A DNA stretch of 64,000 nt, taken from IMG/VR virus record IMGVR_UViG_3300005613_000030, positions 22,608-86,607 of that record; one strand, written 5' to 3'. This DNA comes from a virus. The stretch's first letter is position 1. Each line of letters starts with the position of its first letter. The translations under genes and the position numbers were made by a program. The notes beneath the pieces are model-generated. The model searched no databases. It saw only the letters and a program-made list of their open reading frames with translations, and was not told the origin of the DNA. Below are positions 10,921 through 21,255 of this stretch, in pieces.

Positions 10921-11910
10921 ATTAAAATATTATTTATAGGTGATCTACATTTAAAGATGAATAGATTTGATCTATCAGTTAATTGCCTCAAATGGATAGA
11001 AGACATCATTGATCTTCATAATCCTGATATTGTTGTCAATTTAGGTGATACATTTGACGGCCACAGTGTACTTAGATCTGAATTATTATGTGAATTTAGA
11101 AACCATATACAACGCATAAATAAACCACATTATTATATTCTAGGTAATCATGATTTTTTTAGACCAAAAGACAGTAAGTATCACGCTTTACAAGTGTTTA
11201 AAGATTATCCAGAATTTTATGTTATTGATGAACGTTGTGATATAGATAACATGACAATGGTTCCGTATATCGCAGATCTTAATAATTTTCCCTTAGACAC
11301 CAAAGAGATATGTATAGCTCATCAGACTTTTATTGGTGCAGATTATGGATATCATCGTCCAGATGCTGGAGTAAATGCGGATAATGTGTCAGCTGACATA
11401 ATCATTAGTGGACACGTGCATAAAAAGCAAGAGTTTGGAAAAGTTATTTACCCAGGTACACCATATGCGTGCGGTGCAAATGATTTAGATATGACTAAAG
11501 GGTTATTAATATTCGACACTAAGAGTTATGAACAGACTTTCATAGAATCTCCTTTTCCGAAATGGAAATCAATTGAATTCATTATTAGTAATGAACAAAC
11601 AATGAGTGACTTACACAGTATATTAAAAGAGACTATAAATGAACAAGATCATTGGATAATAAAAGTTGCTGGCCCTAAAGTTGAAATGTCAGCTTACTTT
11701 AAAAGTGCTCAATATAAGAAAATATCTAAAGGTAAGCATATTACTCTTAAATTAACAGCAACTGATAAAGAGAAAAAACAAGTAAGAATTAAAGCAGTTT
11801 CTACTCCAGATATAATTAAAGAGTACATTGATAAAGTATATAAAGGTACAATTGATAAAAAACAATTAGAATCTAAGGCCTTAGAGATCATTACAGGTCA
11901 AAACAAGTAA
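10921..11910 (+). CDS. SbcD/Mre11/gp47-like recombination nuclease; ATT start inferred
   Basis: IKILFIGDLH lies in frame upstream of the ATG at 10957; LGDTFD, GNHD, AHQ, SGHVH and YPGTP motifs. Confidence 0.85.
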   Translation: MKILFIGDLHLKMNRFDLSVNCLKWIEDIIDLHNPDIVVNLGDTFDGHSVLRSELLCEFRNHIQRINKPHYYILGNHDFFRPKDSKYHALQVFKDYPEFYVIDERCDIDNMTMVPYIADLNNFPLDTKEICIAHQTFIGADYGYHRPDAGVNADNVSADIIISGHVHKKQEFGKVIYPGTPYACGANDLDMTKGLLIFDTKSYEQTFIESPFPKWKSIEFIISNEQTMSDLHSILKETINEQDHWIIKVAGPKVEMSAYFKSAQYKKISKGKHITLKLTATDKEKKQVRIKAVSTPDIIKEYIDKVYKGTIDKKQLESKALEIITGQNK

Positions 11911-11953
11911 AATTAGCAATGATTATGGTATAATAGCTATAAGGAGTTCAGCA

Positions 11954-12412
11954 ATGAATGAGTTAGATAGTAAAACACAACAATCAGTTGATCATTGTAG
12001 ATGGCTAATGAATAGCGGTCTTGCAAATGACACTATTAAAAATCAATTGATTACTTATGGTGCAATTACTCATCCTGATATACAAGCGGTTGAATTAACA
12101 GTGGATTTTGAAAATAAAACAGTATTTTACAGATTGTATATAGATTCTAAACTTCTCAATAAGGTTGATAAATTCAAAGAGTTATCTAAAGCTACAAAAT
12201 TTTGGGGCTTATATAAATTTAAGAGATTACTTAAAAAGGAAGGCAATTTGAATTTTAATAGTATTTTAGATAAATTTATTAAAGACTATTGTGGATTACA
12301 ATGGAAAGCTGAGGTTGATATTTTGAATCTTAGTGAATATGATGACAAAGGATACGAGGATAGTAATGAGAGCGTTAACTTCAGTGACGAAAAAGATAAA
12401 CCTGTTAACTAA
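11954..12412 (+). CDS. Hypothetical protein
   Basis: ORF behind a TGGTATAAT promoter and SD aaggag. Confidence 0.6.
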   Translation: MNELDSKTQQSVDHCRWLMNSGLANDTIKNQLITYGAITHPDIQAVELTVDFENKTVFYRLYIDSKLLNKVDKFKELSKATKFWGLYKFKRLLKKEGNLNFNSILDKFIKDYCGLQWKAEVDILNLSEYDDKGYEDSNESVNFSDEKDKPVN

Positions 12413-12743
12413 TGATGAAGATCTAAGACAGGAACTGTGGCTGTATTATTTAGAGGGAAATCCTTTTGATACACTCTCAGAGCATTTCAATGTACTAAAA
12501 CGACGCATCCCAGAACAGAAATCAATTGATCGAATAGCATATGATCTAATAAAATCCCCTCTTTCAGATAATACAGCTAAAACTCTTCAGTACCTTACAG
12601 AATTAGAAAAGTCCATAATATTAATGTTATTATTAGATAGAGATCTTAGTGATATCTCAAAAGAAAAAAATATCAGTGAAATAAAAGTACAACAAATGGT
12701 TAATAATATAAAAAGAAATTCTAACTGGAATAGGATAGAATAA
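12366..12743 (+). CDS. Small sigma-factor-like protein (region-2 remnant plus region-4 HTH)
   Basis: DEDLRQELWL and LTELEKSII...LSDISKEKNISEIKV. Confidence 0.5.
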   Translation: MRALTSVTKKINLLTNDEDLRQELWLYYLEGNPFDTLSEHFNVLKRRIPEQKSIDRIAYDLIKSPLSDNTAKTLQYLTELEKSIILMLLLDRDLSDISKEKNISEIKVQQMVNNIKRNSNWNRIE

Positions 12744-13354
12744 TGGCACTAAAGAAAAAATTCACAGATGAGGAAATAGTTGGATTGACTCAAGAAGAAA
12801 TTAAATTAGGGTTAAAGTACTTGAGAAAACATAAAACAGCAGGTGCGGTTCCTGATGTAGAAGCGCTTAAACTATACGAAATGTATCTTATCGGCTGTAC
12901 ATTTACCGAGATTAGTAAGCAATACCCACAATATGAGTTAGGACAGATTATATTAACTGCTGCAATTCGAAAATGGGGTATGGATCGTGATCGTATGCAA
13001 TGTACTTTAAAAGATAGGGTACAGGCTAAAGTTGTTAAATCCGTAATTGAGCAAGTAGACTTTTTAACATCTATGTTAAGTGTCAGCTCTGCTGAACATA
13101 TTGAAGCAATGCGAAATTACATAATCAACCCGGATAAGTATCCTAAACCTGATATGAGAATAGCATCAATTAAAGAGTACAAAGATGTAACTGAAACTTT
13201 ATATAAAATTGTGTCAGGAGCAACTAGTAATTCTAAGTCTTCACCCATGTTTGGTGCATTAGGTTCAAAGCAACCACAACAAAAAAAGATAGAAGAAAAG
13301 AAAAAAGACTATGATATAGATTTAGATGATATAGAGATCGACAGTGATAAATAA
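12743..13354 (+). CDS. Candidate terminase small subunit
   Basis: HTH-like N-terminal region and helical body; directly upstream of TerL apart from an HNH gene. Confidence 0.45.
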   Translation: MALKKKFTDEEIVGLTQEEIKLGLKYLRKHKTAGAVPDVEALKLYEMYLIGCTFTEISKQYPQYELGQIILTAAIRKWGMDRDRMQCTLKDRVQAKVVKSVIEQVDFLTSMLSVSSAEHIEAMRNYIINPDKYPKPDMRIASIKEYKDVTETLYKIVSGATSNSKSSPMFGALGSKQPQQKKIEEKKKDYDIDLDDIEIDSDK

Positions 13355-14039
13355 GAAGTTATGTAGTAAGTGTGATAAATTAAAGCAGCTTTGTGAATTT
13401 ACAGCTCGTAAAGATGCTAAAGACGGATTACGTGCAGATTGTAAGGTGTGCCGTAATCAACATAACTTAGAATATTATTATAGTGAAAAATCTAATAGGC
13501 ATAATTGTTGTAAATGCAATACTGATCTTAATCTAGATACACAGCGCGTGCATAAAACATTGTGTCAGTCATGTTATAGAAAACAAGAAAGAGCTATAGT
13601 GAGTCAAAGAAGAGACAAAACTTGTATAGACTGCAAGTCGAGTTCATCTACTAAGTGGTATAATGGACCAACTTGTAGAAAATGCTATCGTGCATCTAAT
13701 TATGCTAAGCACCGTGAAAAAACAAGTGAAGTATATAGGAACAAACGAATTAAAAATAATTTACGGACAAGATTAAATATGGCAATTAAGAATAATCAAA
13801 AAGTAGGCTCAGCAGTTAAAGATTTAGGTTGTTCAGTTGAAGAATTAAAGGCTTATTTAGAATCTAAATTTACAAAAGATATGACTTGGGATGACTATGG
13901 TAAATGGCATATAGACCACATTAAACCGCTAAGTAGTTTTGATTTAAGTAATCCTGAAGAACTAAAGAAAGCATGTCATTATAGTAACTTACAACCACTA
14001 TGGGCTAAAGATAACTTAAAGAAAAGTAATAAATATTGA
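13344..14039 (+). CDS. HNH-like endonuclease with multiple CxxC zinc fingers
   Basis: WHIDHIKPL...ACHYSNLQPLWAKDNLKK cassette. Confidence 0.85.
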   Translation: MINKKLCSKCDKLKQLCEFTARKDAKDGLRADCKVCRNQHNLEYYYSEKSNRHNCCKCNTDLNLDTQRVHKTLCQSCYRKQERAIVSQRRDKTCIDCKSSSSTKWYNGPTCRKCYRASNYAKHREKTSEVYRNKRIKNNLRTRLNMAIKNNQKVGSAVKDLGCSVEELKAYLESKFTKDMTWDDYGKWHIDHIKPLSSFDLSNPEELKKACHYSNLQPLWAKDNLKKSNKY

Positions 14040-16484
14040 GACCAATATGCAAAAAAAAGTAACAAAATCTACTAAAAAGAAGAAAAAGACCTTAAAGGAT
14101 CTATCGATTGCACAGCGTGAAAAGCTTTTTTTTAAGAAATGTAAAACTAAACAGGAATTAAGTCGATGGATTAAGACTTTTCTCGGTTTATATATGCCAG
14201 ATGAAGTAGTATCTAGGTTTGCTGATTGTTCTCCATTAGATATGATATGGGAATTGTATGATATATGTGTCAATTGTAGTAATCCAGACAATATCATGGA
14301 AATATTGTTTGTTGCTGGTAGAGGATCAGGTAAAACATTAGGGTGCGCAATAGCAGAATTTATGATATTAATGCATGACCGCAGAGATGCAGTACACGTT
14401 GGAGCAGTTATGGCACAGGCTAAGCGTTGCTATGATTATCAGGTCAAATTCATGTTAAACGCAAATGTTAAATCGATAATAGATAATAGAGATAAACACG
14501 AAAGCGATAGAATAATACAAAAAATGAATATGGAGAAATCTATATTTAATTTTGATGGAGAGCAAGTTTCGCTAGAAATTTTACCATGTACATTAAAGGC
14601 ATTAAATGGTCCGCACGTACCATTAGTAACTATTGACGAAATTGACACTGTTTCAGGTGAAGGACTAAAAGCTTTTCGTGAAATTTCTGGTATGCTAGAT
14701 TCTAAAGGTGGAAAAAGAGCACTTAGAGTTGGTATTTCTACGAGAAAATCTAGATATGGATTAATGAATAAACAGATTGAAAACGCAGAAGAAGAGGGAA
14801 GAACTGTTCGCCGATGGACTGCATTAGAGTTCTCACAAAGATGTCCAGATTCTAGATCGGGAACAACACCCACAGTTGCATATACTATGTTAGAAGATAT
14901 GGAAATGATATCAGCTGAAGAATATAAGCGTAAAAATGCAAAGAAAAAACGAGAATATACGCAGGTAACTTTACCTGGAGAGAATTGTCTTACTTGTCCA
15001 GCTGCAGCTATATGTTTAGGTGATGCAAAAAAGCAGAAATCAAAATCGTGGATGCTTAAACCAATTGATGAGTATATACAGAAAGTTCGCTCAGAAGGTG
15101 CAGATTGGGCATTATCTCAATTAATGAACTTAAAGCCGTCATTAGAGGGCGTTATCTATAAAGAATTCGATCCTAGAATTCACGTTAAAACTTGGAACGA
15201 GATGTGGCTTCGTTTAGTAGGTAAAGAGTTTCCAGGTGAATGTACTCATGATATCTTTGTTAAGAAATGCCATCAATTAAAAATACCTTGTTACGGTGGA
15301 ATTGACTGGGGATGGAGTAAACCATCTACTATTACTTACGCTTTTATTGATAAACGAGATAATGTTTATGTTGTTAAAACAGATGGTATGACTTTTGTTT
15401 CAGATCCAGAATGGATCCATTATATAAAGCATAAATATCATAATATATATCGTCCACAACTATACTTCCCTGATCAAGCTAGTCAAGGATCTGTTATTGA
15501 GATGAGAAAAGCTGGTCTACTGTCACACTGTGATCCACATAAACCAGATGTAAATCCTGGGATACAAGTTATAAAGAAGTTGCTCCGTGTTCCTGGTTCA
15601 GCTGATACAAAGATTGTCTTAGCGAAAGAAACATGTCAATCATTAATTAACGAATTTGGCTTATATCACTTTAAGACATCAGCTGATGGAACTATATCTA
15701 ACATGATTGATACAGAGAATGATCACTGGCTCGATGGATTACGCTATATACTACATGAATTATTAGGTAAAGCACAGTTTTTATATACTGGTGAAGCATA
15801 TTCAGGCGATAATAAAGTAACAGATCAAGATGGTAATTTTTATCATGCACCAAATGCCGAAGAATATGCAAAAGTGATGGGTATTCAAGTAAACATTAAT
15901 GAAGAGGATATATCTAAATTAGGTAAAATTGGTACCTTAAACGACTTAGATGATGATGACGATGACGATGGTAGTGGTATGTTATGGAATTTTTAAATGC
16001 TTAATAAAGTATGTATAATGTGTGGTAATTTATTTAATGGATATGGTAGCAGTAATACTTGTTCATTGACCTGTAAAGACACACGTAGAAAACATAAACG
16101 ATTGCTAGCACAGCGTGCATGGAGAAAAGCTAATCGCGATAGAGATCGCAATAATTACAGGATATGGGAGCGTAAACAGTTAATCAACAACATACAGTAT
16201 AAAATAATCAGTAGATTACGGATTAGATTATGTAAGGCTATAGAGATACATCAAAAAGGCGGTTCAGCAGTTAAAGATTTAGGTTGTTCAGTTAATAAAT
16301 TAAAAATCCATTTACAACTTAAGTTTTATAGACGACATAAGAATGGTGAAATCATGTCTTGGGATAACTATGGCTTACACGGCTGGCATATAGACCACAT
16401 TAAACCGCTAAGTAGTTTTGATTTAAGTAATCCTGAAGAACTGAAGAAAGCTTGTCATTATAGTAACTTACAACCACTATGGGC
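13905..16484 (+). repeat. 101-bp direct repeat (13905-14005 and 16384-16484, 2 mismatches) flanking terL
   Basis: Nuclease-cassette DNA of the two HNH genes compared by eye. Confidence 0.85.
14047..15996 (+). CDS. terL: Terminase large subunit
   Basis: Walker A AGRGSGKT; Walker B VTIDEID; RNase H-like GIDWG and FPD; ENDHWLDGLRY; Cys-rich insertion. Confidence 0.92.
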   Translation: MQKKVTKSTKKKKKTLKDLSIAQREKLFFKKCKTKQELSRWIKTFLGLYMPDEVVSRFADCSPLDMIWELYDICVNCSNPDNIMEILFVAGRGSGKTLGCAIAEFMILMHDRRDAVHVGAVMAQAKRCYDYQVKFMLNANVKSIIDNRDKHESDRIIQKMNMEKSIFNFDGEQVSLEILPCTLKALNGPHVPLVTIDEIDTVSGEGLKAFREISGMLDSKGGKRALRVGISTRKSRYGLMNKQIENAEEEGRTVRRWTALEFSQRCPDSRSGTTPTVAYTMLEDMEMISAEEYKRKNAKKKREYTQVTLPGENCLTCPAAAICLGDAKKQKSKSWMLKPIDEYIQKVRSEGADWALSQLMNLKPSLEGVIYKEFDPRIHVKTWNEMWLRLVGKEFPGECTHDIFVKKCHQLKIPCYGGIDWGWSKPSTITYAFIDKRDNVYVVKTDGMTFVSDPEWIHYIKHKYHNIYRPQLYFPDQASQGSVIEMRKAGLLSHCDPHKPDVNPGIQVIKKLLRVPGSADTKIVLAKETCQSLINEFGLYHFKTSADGTISNMIDTENDHWLDGLRYILHELLGKAQFLYTGEAYSGDNKVTDQDGNFYHAPNAEEYAKVMGIQVNINEEDISKLGKIGTLNDLDDDDDDDGSGMLWNF

Positions 16485-16518
16485 AGAAGATAATTTAAAG
16501 AAAAGTAATAAAGTATAA
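15997..16518 (+). CDS. HNH-like endonuclease
   Basis: Same conserved nuclease cassette with an N-terminal CIMC..CSLTC finger. Confidence 0.85.
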   Translation: MLNKVCIMCGNLFNGYGSSNTCSLTCKDTRRKHKRLLAQRAWRKANRDRDRNNYRIWERKQLINNIQYKIISRLRIRLCKAIEIHQKGGSAVKDLGCSVNKLKIHLQLKFYRRHKNGEIMSWDNYGLHGWHIDHIKPLSSFDLSNPEELKKACHYSNLQPLWAEDNLKKSNKV

Positions 16519-16552
16519 TAAATAAAGAAAATATATATAAGAGGGAGTACTT

Positions 16553-18454
16553 ATGGGAATTTTCGGTAAATTTGGTGAATATTTAGCAAAGAGTCAGAAA
16601 GATCAAATAGATGAATTAATGAAAGCCGATGGTGATGATTTAGTTGAAACACCAATGACATTAGAAGATGAAGAAAATAAGATTGGTAGAAAAGCTATCA
16701 TTGATGATCCGTATTTTGATCATCAACAAACGTCAACTATTTATAGATCTAAGCAATCGCGTTTAACTAATAAGACGTTAAAAGATGTTTCTTTAAGAGA
16801 TTGGTTAGTAAGTGCTATTATTCAAGTACGTGTTGATACATTGATGCGCTTTAGTAGAAAACAGTATAAGAAATTTGATATGGGATATCGAATTATAAAG
16901 CTCGATCAATCACATGAATATACTAATGAAGATAGAGAAGAAATTGCTAATTTAGAAAACTTCATATACAATTGTGGTAGAACTGAAGGAACTCCTCCAG
17001 ATGATAAGTTGTTATTTGGTGATTGCTTAAAGAAGATAGTTAGAGATGCATTAACTTTTGGATACATTGCTGTTGAGAAAGTATCCACTAGAAGAGGTGC
17101 ACTACATCGTTTTAGACCATTACCAGCAGAGCAAATTTATCATATTAATAAAGAAACTGCTAAAAAACAAATAATTCAAGAAGCTGCAGCTGCTAGAAAA
17201 ATGTATAAACCAACATCAGATAATGACCCAAGAATGGATCATGAAATCAATGAAGTAACAATTGATAAATATAAATATTGTCAAGTGTCATTTGATAATC
17301 GCACGTTAGCAGTATTTGGTGATGAAGATATGGCATTTAAGTTATTTAATCCTCAGAATTTTGCCGATTCAATGGGGTATTGTTATAGTCCAGTAGAATT
17401 ATCAATATTAAACATATCAAACCATTTAAATTCTGAAAATTATAATGCTAATTTTTTCACACACGGTTATGCAGCTAGAGGATTACTACATCTTAAGGGC
17501 ACTGTAACTCAATCACAATTAATCGCCTTTAGAAGGCAATTCTACAATACTATCTCTGGCACACAGAACGCATGGAGAACACCGATTGTTGCTGGATTAG
17601 ATGATGTTCAATGGTTACCAATGAGTGGTAACGCACGTGATATGGAGTATATGAACTACAATATGCATTTAATGCGAGCCATATGCACTCAATTTCAAAT
17701 TGACCCTATTGAATTAGGTATGGATTTTCTTACCTCTGGTACAGGCAGAGCATCTGGAGCTGGTCAACAAGGGAATCAGCAAAAAATTGAATACTCAAGG
17801 GAAAGAGGTTTATATCCAATTTTAATGTTTATTGAAGATTTTATTAATTGCGATATCATACCTGCCATTGATCCTAAATTAGCAAAAAAATATTGCTTTA
17901 GATTTGAAGGATATACTGATGAGACACCACAAACTGAAGTAGCTTTATTGCAAGCTGAAATGACTGTTCATAAAAGTATGAATGATCTTCTTGATTTAGC
18001 TAGAAAAGACCGTATGAAGCATCCAATTGCTGATTTACCGATGAATGCAGCTTTTTGGGCTAATGTTGAAAAGCATATGACAAAAGGTGAAATACGAGAA
18101 TTCTTCTTCAATGATAAAGGCGCAGCAGAAAGAAAAGAACTCCAATATTTTCCAGCTGATCCAGCATTCTTAAATTGGCAGCAAATGTTAATGGCTATGG
18201 ATGCTCAAAAGAAACAAGAAGAAATGCAGAAAGAGCAAATGCAAATGCAAGCTCAACAAGCTAGTCATGCAGAAGAAGAGCAGAGACGAGCTGCAGAAGA
18301 GCATGAGGCTAATATGAGCGATAGATCAGCTCAACAAGCACATGCAGCTGTTTCTGCAGGGCGTGAAAATTTACGAGAAGAATCTTCAAAATTTGGCAAA
18401 AATGCAGCAACTAATATTAATGGAAAAGTGGTTAAAAATCCTTTAAATGAGTAA
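16553..18454 (+). CDS. Portal protein
   Basis: VSAIIQVR, YCYSPVE, NANFFTHG..ARGLL, AWRTPI, DMEY and FQIDPIELG motifs; follows TerL. Confidence 0.9.
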   Translation: MGIFGKFGEYLAKSQKDQIDELMKADGDDLVETPMTLEDEENKIGRKAIIDDPYFDHQQTSTIYRSKQSRLTNKTLKDVSLRDWLVSAIIQVRVDTLMRFSRKQYKKFDMGYRIIKLDQSHEYTNEDREEIANLENFIYNCGRTEGTPPDDKLLFGDCLKKIVRDALTFGYIAVEKVSTRRGALHRFRPLPAEQIYHINKETAKKQIIQEAAAARKMYKPTSDNDPRMDHEINEVTIDKYKYCQVSFDNRTLAVFGDEDMAFKLFNPQNFADSMGYCYSPVELSILNISNHLNSENYNANFFTHGYAARGLLHLKGTVTQSQLIAFRRQFYNTISGTQNAWRTPIVAGLDDVQWLPMSGNARDMEYMNYNMHLMRAICTQFQIDPIELGMDFLTSGTGRASGAGQQGNQQKIEYSRERGLYPILMFIEDFINCDIIPAIDPKLAKKYCFRFEGYTDETPQTEVALLQAEMTVHKSMNDLLDLARKDRMKHPIADLPMNAAFWANVEKHMTKGEIREFFFNDKGAAERKELQYFPADPAFLNWQQMLMAMDAQKKQEEMQKEQMQMQAQQASHAEEEQRRAAEEHEANMSDRSAQQAHAAVSAGRENLREESSKFGKNAATNINGKVVKNPLNE

Positions 18455-18484
18455 ATAAAATACTCCCACTTATTTGCTCTATTT

Positions 18485-18512
18485 AAAAGGGTCACTTCGG
18501 TGACCCTTTTTT
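18485..18512 (+). terminator. Intrinsic terminator after the portal gene
   Basis: AAAAGGGTCAC-TTCG-GTGACCCTTTTTT. Confidence 0.9.
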
Positions 18513-18559
18513 ATTTCACAATAGTATAATGTTTCCATGTATAAAAACACTAGGAGATT

Positions 18560-18757
18560 ATGATACCGCAGACACATACGAGTATAACGATTTGTAGCTT
18601 ACCATTATTATTTACTATATTTTTTATTCTATTGAAATTTACTAACTACATATTGTGGCCATGGTTTTGGATATTATCACCAATGTGGATGTCCTTTATA
18701 TTGATCGTATTACTTATATTGATTCATTTAAGTATTTTTATATATAAAAGCGTATAA
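18560..18757 (+). CDS. Small membrane protein
   Basis: Two hydrophobic segments; WPWFWILSPMW motif common in small phage membrane proteins. Confidence 0.6.
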   Translation: MIPQTHTSITICSLPLLFTIFFILLKFTNYILWPWFWILSPMWMSFILIVLLILIHLSIFIYKSV

Positions 18758-18767
18758 GAGATGCAGC

Positions 18768-19508
18768 ATGTTTGACGAATCAGATTACATTAAGAAGGGA
18801 AATCATAAATATTTTAAAGCTGTTTGCAATACTTGTGGTAAAGACAGAGGATATCAGCGATTATCTAGTGTAATTCGAAACTGTTTATCATGTGCTACAA
18901 AGAAGAGATTATCTGATCCTAAAAATAACCCTATGTATGGTAAAAAACATAAAAATACAGCGCAGTTCCGCAAAGATACATATAGCAATGTTGATTATAG
19001 TGATACTAAAATACGTTACAGTAAAAATGGTAATAAGTGTATTACCTATAAACAAAGATGTCCAATATGCAATAAAAGCGTTGGATATAGGCGTCATATT
19101 GATGCTAAACGCACATGTCGAGCATGTCAAAGCGATAAGTTACGTAAATACTCTAAAGAACATAAACGAATACGTTACTCAATGAAAGCTAATTTACACT
19201 CTAGGCTGAAGCAGCATTTAATTAATAAGAATAAGAAATCTACGTTCGATATATTAGGGTATACTGTAAATGACTTAAAAATACACTTAGAATCACTATG
19301 GGAACCGTGGATGTCTTGGGATAATTATGGCGCTTATTGTTCATATAAAAGAACATGGCAAATTGATCATATTAAACCAGATAGTTTATTTAATTATGAA
19401 TCGATAACAGATCCGGAATTTAAAGAGTGCTGGAGTTTAAGTAATTTACAACCCTTAGATAGCTTTAAGAACTTAAAAAAAGGCAACAAATATAATAAAT
19501 CAGTATAA
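18768..19508 (+). CDS. HNH-like endonuclease with Zn fingers and NUMOD3-like motif
   Basis: NNPMYGKKH; WQIDHIKP...CWSLSNLQPL...NLKKGNK. Confidence 0.85.
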   Translation: MFDESDYIKKGNHKYFKAVCNTCGKDRGYQRLSSVIRNCLSCATKKRLSDPKNNPMYGKKHKNTAQFRKDTYSNVDYSDTKIRYSKNGNKCITYKQRCPICNKSVGYRRHIDAKRTCRACQSDKLRKYSKEHKRIRYSMKANLHSRLKQHLINKNKKSTFDILGYTVNDLKIHLESLWEPWMSWDNYGAYCSYKRTWQIDHIKPDSLFNYESITDPEFKECWSLSNLQPLDSFKNLKKGNKYNKSV

Positions 19509-19546
19509 TTATATTGTAAAGATAATAATCACAATAAGGAAGATAT

Positions 19547-20380
19547 ATGACTTGGATTTGTTTAGAGGGCGTCGATCGTACGGGTAAAAGCTCTGTTGCT
19601 GAATATTACAAAACTCAAGGATACGAAGTTGTACATATGAATGCGCCAGATAAAAAGTATTCAGAACCAGGATATACTGGTCCTGGTTATGTCGATGAAT
19701 TATTAGAGACATATATGCAATATGATGGTAAAAAAGTAATTTTTGACCGTACTATCTATGGTGAAAAAGTATGGCCTACAGTTTTTGGTCGTAAATCAAA
19801 ATTATCTGATGAAGATTTTGATGCACTAAAGGACTTTGAAGATCAAAATGATACACAGTACATTTTAATGCATGATCCAAATTTTGAAGCTCATTGGCAA
19901 CGATGTGTAGACTGTAATGAACCATTAACTCGTTCACAATTTAATACAGCAATTGCTATGTATGAAAGGTTAATTAATGACGGCTTCGAAAAAAGAACTC
20001 TCCCCGACTTCAACACAGAAATATCAAGCTTATCAACAGAGAGAGTCGTGGAGGAATCTGATGTATCTGCTGTACAAACTGGAGATAATACAAAACCTAC
20101 TACAGACGTTTATAAACAATCCTCAGCAGTGGAAAAATCCACCCCAGTAGAAAAACGATTACAAAAAGCTAACGCTATTAATACAATATTAAGTAGTAGA
20201 ATTGTTAAACGAAAAGGTGATATATTTGATGACCTTGAAAAAGATATTCGTAATTTTTTAAACAGCAAATTAGATAGTATATTTGGCAATGAACAAAATA
20301 AAACGTTTACAGACGAGCAAGTGTTGATTCTAAAATCAATGGCGGATCGCATTGTAGAGAAACAAAAGGGGCAAAAATGA
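19547..20380 (+). CDS. Thymidylate-kinase-like dNMP kinase
   Basis: ICLEGVDRTGKSS P-loop; IFDRTIYGE. Confidence 0.75.
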   Translation: MTWICLEGVDRTGKSSVAEYYKTQGYEVVHMNAPDKKYSEPGYTGPGYVDELLETYMQYDGKKVIFDRTIYGEKVWPTVFGRKSKLSDEDFDALKDFEDQNDTQYILMHDPNFEAHWQRCVDCNEPLTRSQFNTAIAMYERLINDGFEKRTLPDFNTEISSLSTERVVEESDVSAVQTGDNTKPTTDVYKQSSAVEKSTPVEKRLQKANAINTILSSRIVKRKGDIFDDLEKDIRNFLNSKLDSIFGNEQNKTFTDEQVLILKSMADRIVEKQKGQK

Positions 20381-20598
20381 TTTTTATTCATAGAAAAAAT
20401 GGTAGTATTGTGATTGCTGAACGAGATGGTATATCCTTAGATGATCAGCATGGTAGTTATGAGCACGTTGGTGGCTTCATAATGTATAACAAGTATCCAC
20501 GAACTGTGCACTTACATATAGAAGATATAAAAGGTGATATAAACTTTTACTCATTAGAAGAGTTATTAGACAAATATGACTTTATTGGATGTTTATAA
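20377..20598 (+). CDS. Hypothetical protein
   Basis: ATGA-coupled ORF. Confidence 0.5.
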   Translation: MIFIHRKNGSIVIAERDGISLDDQHGSYEHVGGFIMYNKYPRTVHLHIEDIKGDINFYSLEELLDKYDFIGCL

Positions 20599-20610
20599 TA
20601 GGGAGACATT

Positions 20611-21255
20611 ATGAAAGGTTTTAAACAGCAAAGTAGTCCATCGACTAAAAGTAAAATGCACGACTTAGAAAAGAATTTACAAAATGCTCAAATGGCTGTA
20701 AATGTTACTCAACAAATGACTAAACAATTAATGAACAGTGTAACTATGTTGAGTAAAGATTCTAATAATATTTTGAATTTAGCTAATGATTTACAATACA
20801 GAACTCTTGCGATGATTCAATTGTTAAAAGTTGATGTAGATGAATTAGATAAGCTAGCCGATGCAATTAAATTAGAAGAATACAATAAGTTATCTGATGA
20901 AGAAGATGCAAGAATGAATTATTCAATCGGTGATATCGTTAAAGAAGAAAGTATCATTATTATAACATCGACTACTGATACTGAGCAAGACCACGGTATC
21001 TTTAGATCAAAGATTGGTGTGTCTCAAATTCCTTATCCAGAAATGAAAAAAGATATAATTGGTAAAAAAGCTGGTGATAAATTTGATGCAGATATTCAAG
21101 GAGTGCTTCATCATATCGAATTGCTAGGTATTCGCGAACTACCTAAAAAATTAGAAATAGTCGAAGAAGAAACAACACCTAAAAAATGGGCTCATAAAGA
21201 TTGCGAGTGTGATAATAAAGATTGTGGGGATAATTGCGCCTGTGAAAAAAAATAA
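20611..21255 (+). CDS. Coiled-coil protein with C-terminal GreA/FKBP-like domain
   Basis: N-terminal heptads; IIGKKAGDKF...IELLGI. Confidence 0.45.
   Translation: MKGFKQQSSPSTKSKMHDLEKNLQNAQMAVNVTQQMTKQLMNSVTMLSKDSNNILNLANDLQYRTLAMIQLLKVDVDELDKLADAIKLEEYNKLSDEEDARMNYSIGDIVKEESIIIITSTTDTEQDHGIFRSKIGVSQIPYPEMKKDIIGKKAGDKFDADIQGVLHHIELLGIRELPKKLEIVEEETTPKKWAHKDCECDNKDCGDNCACEKK

Noticed and set aside
14439-14873. Antisense and out-of-frame ORFs in the track (e.g. 818, 3684, 6173, 14016, 14439, 24335, 28035, 36873, 59763, 63012)
   Set aside because: Shadow ORFs overlapping well-supported genes, with no recognisable motifs.
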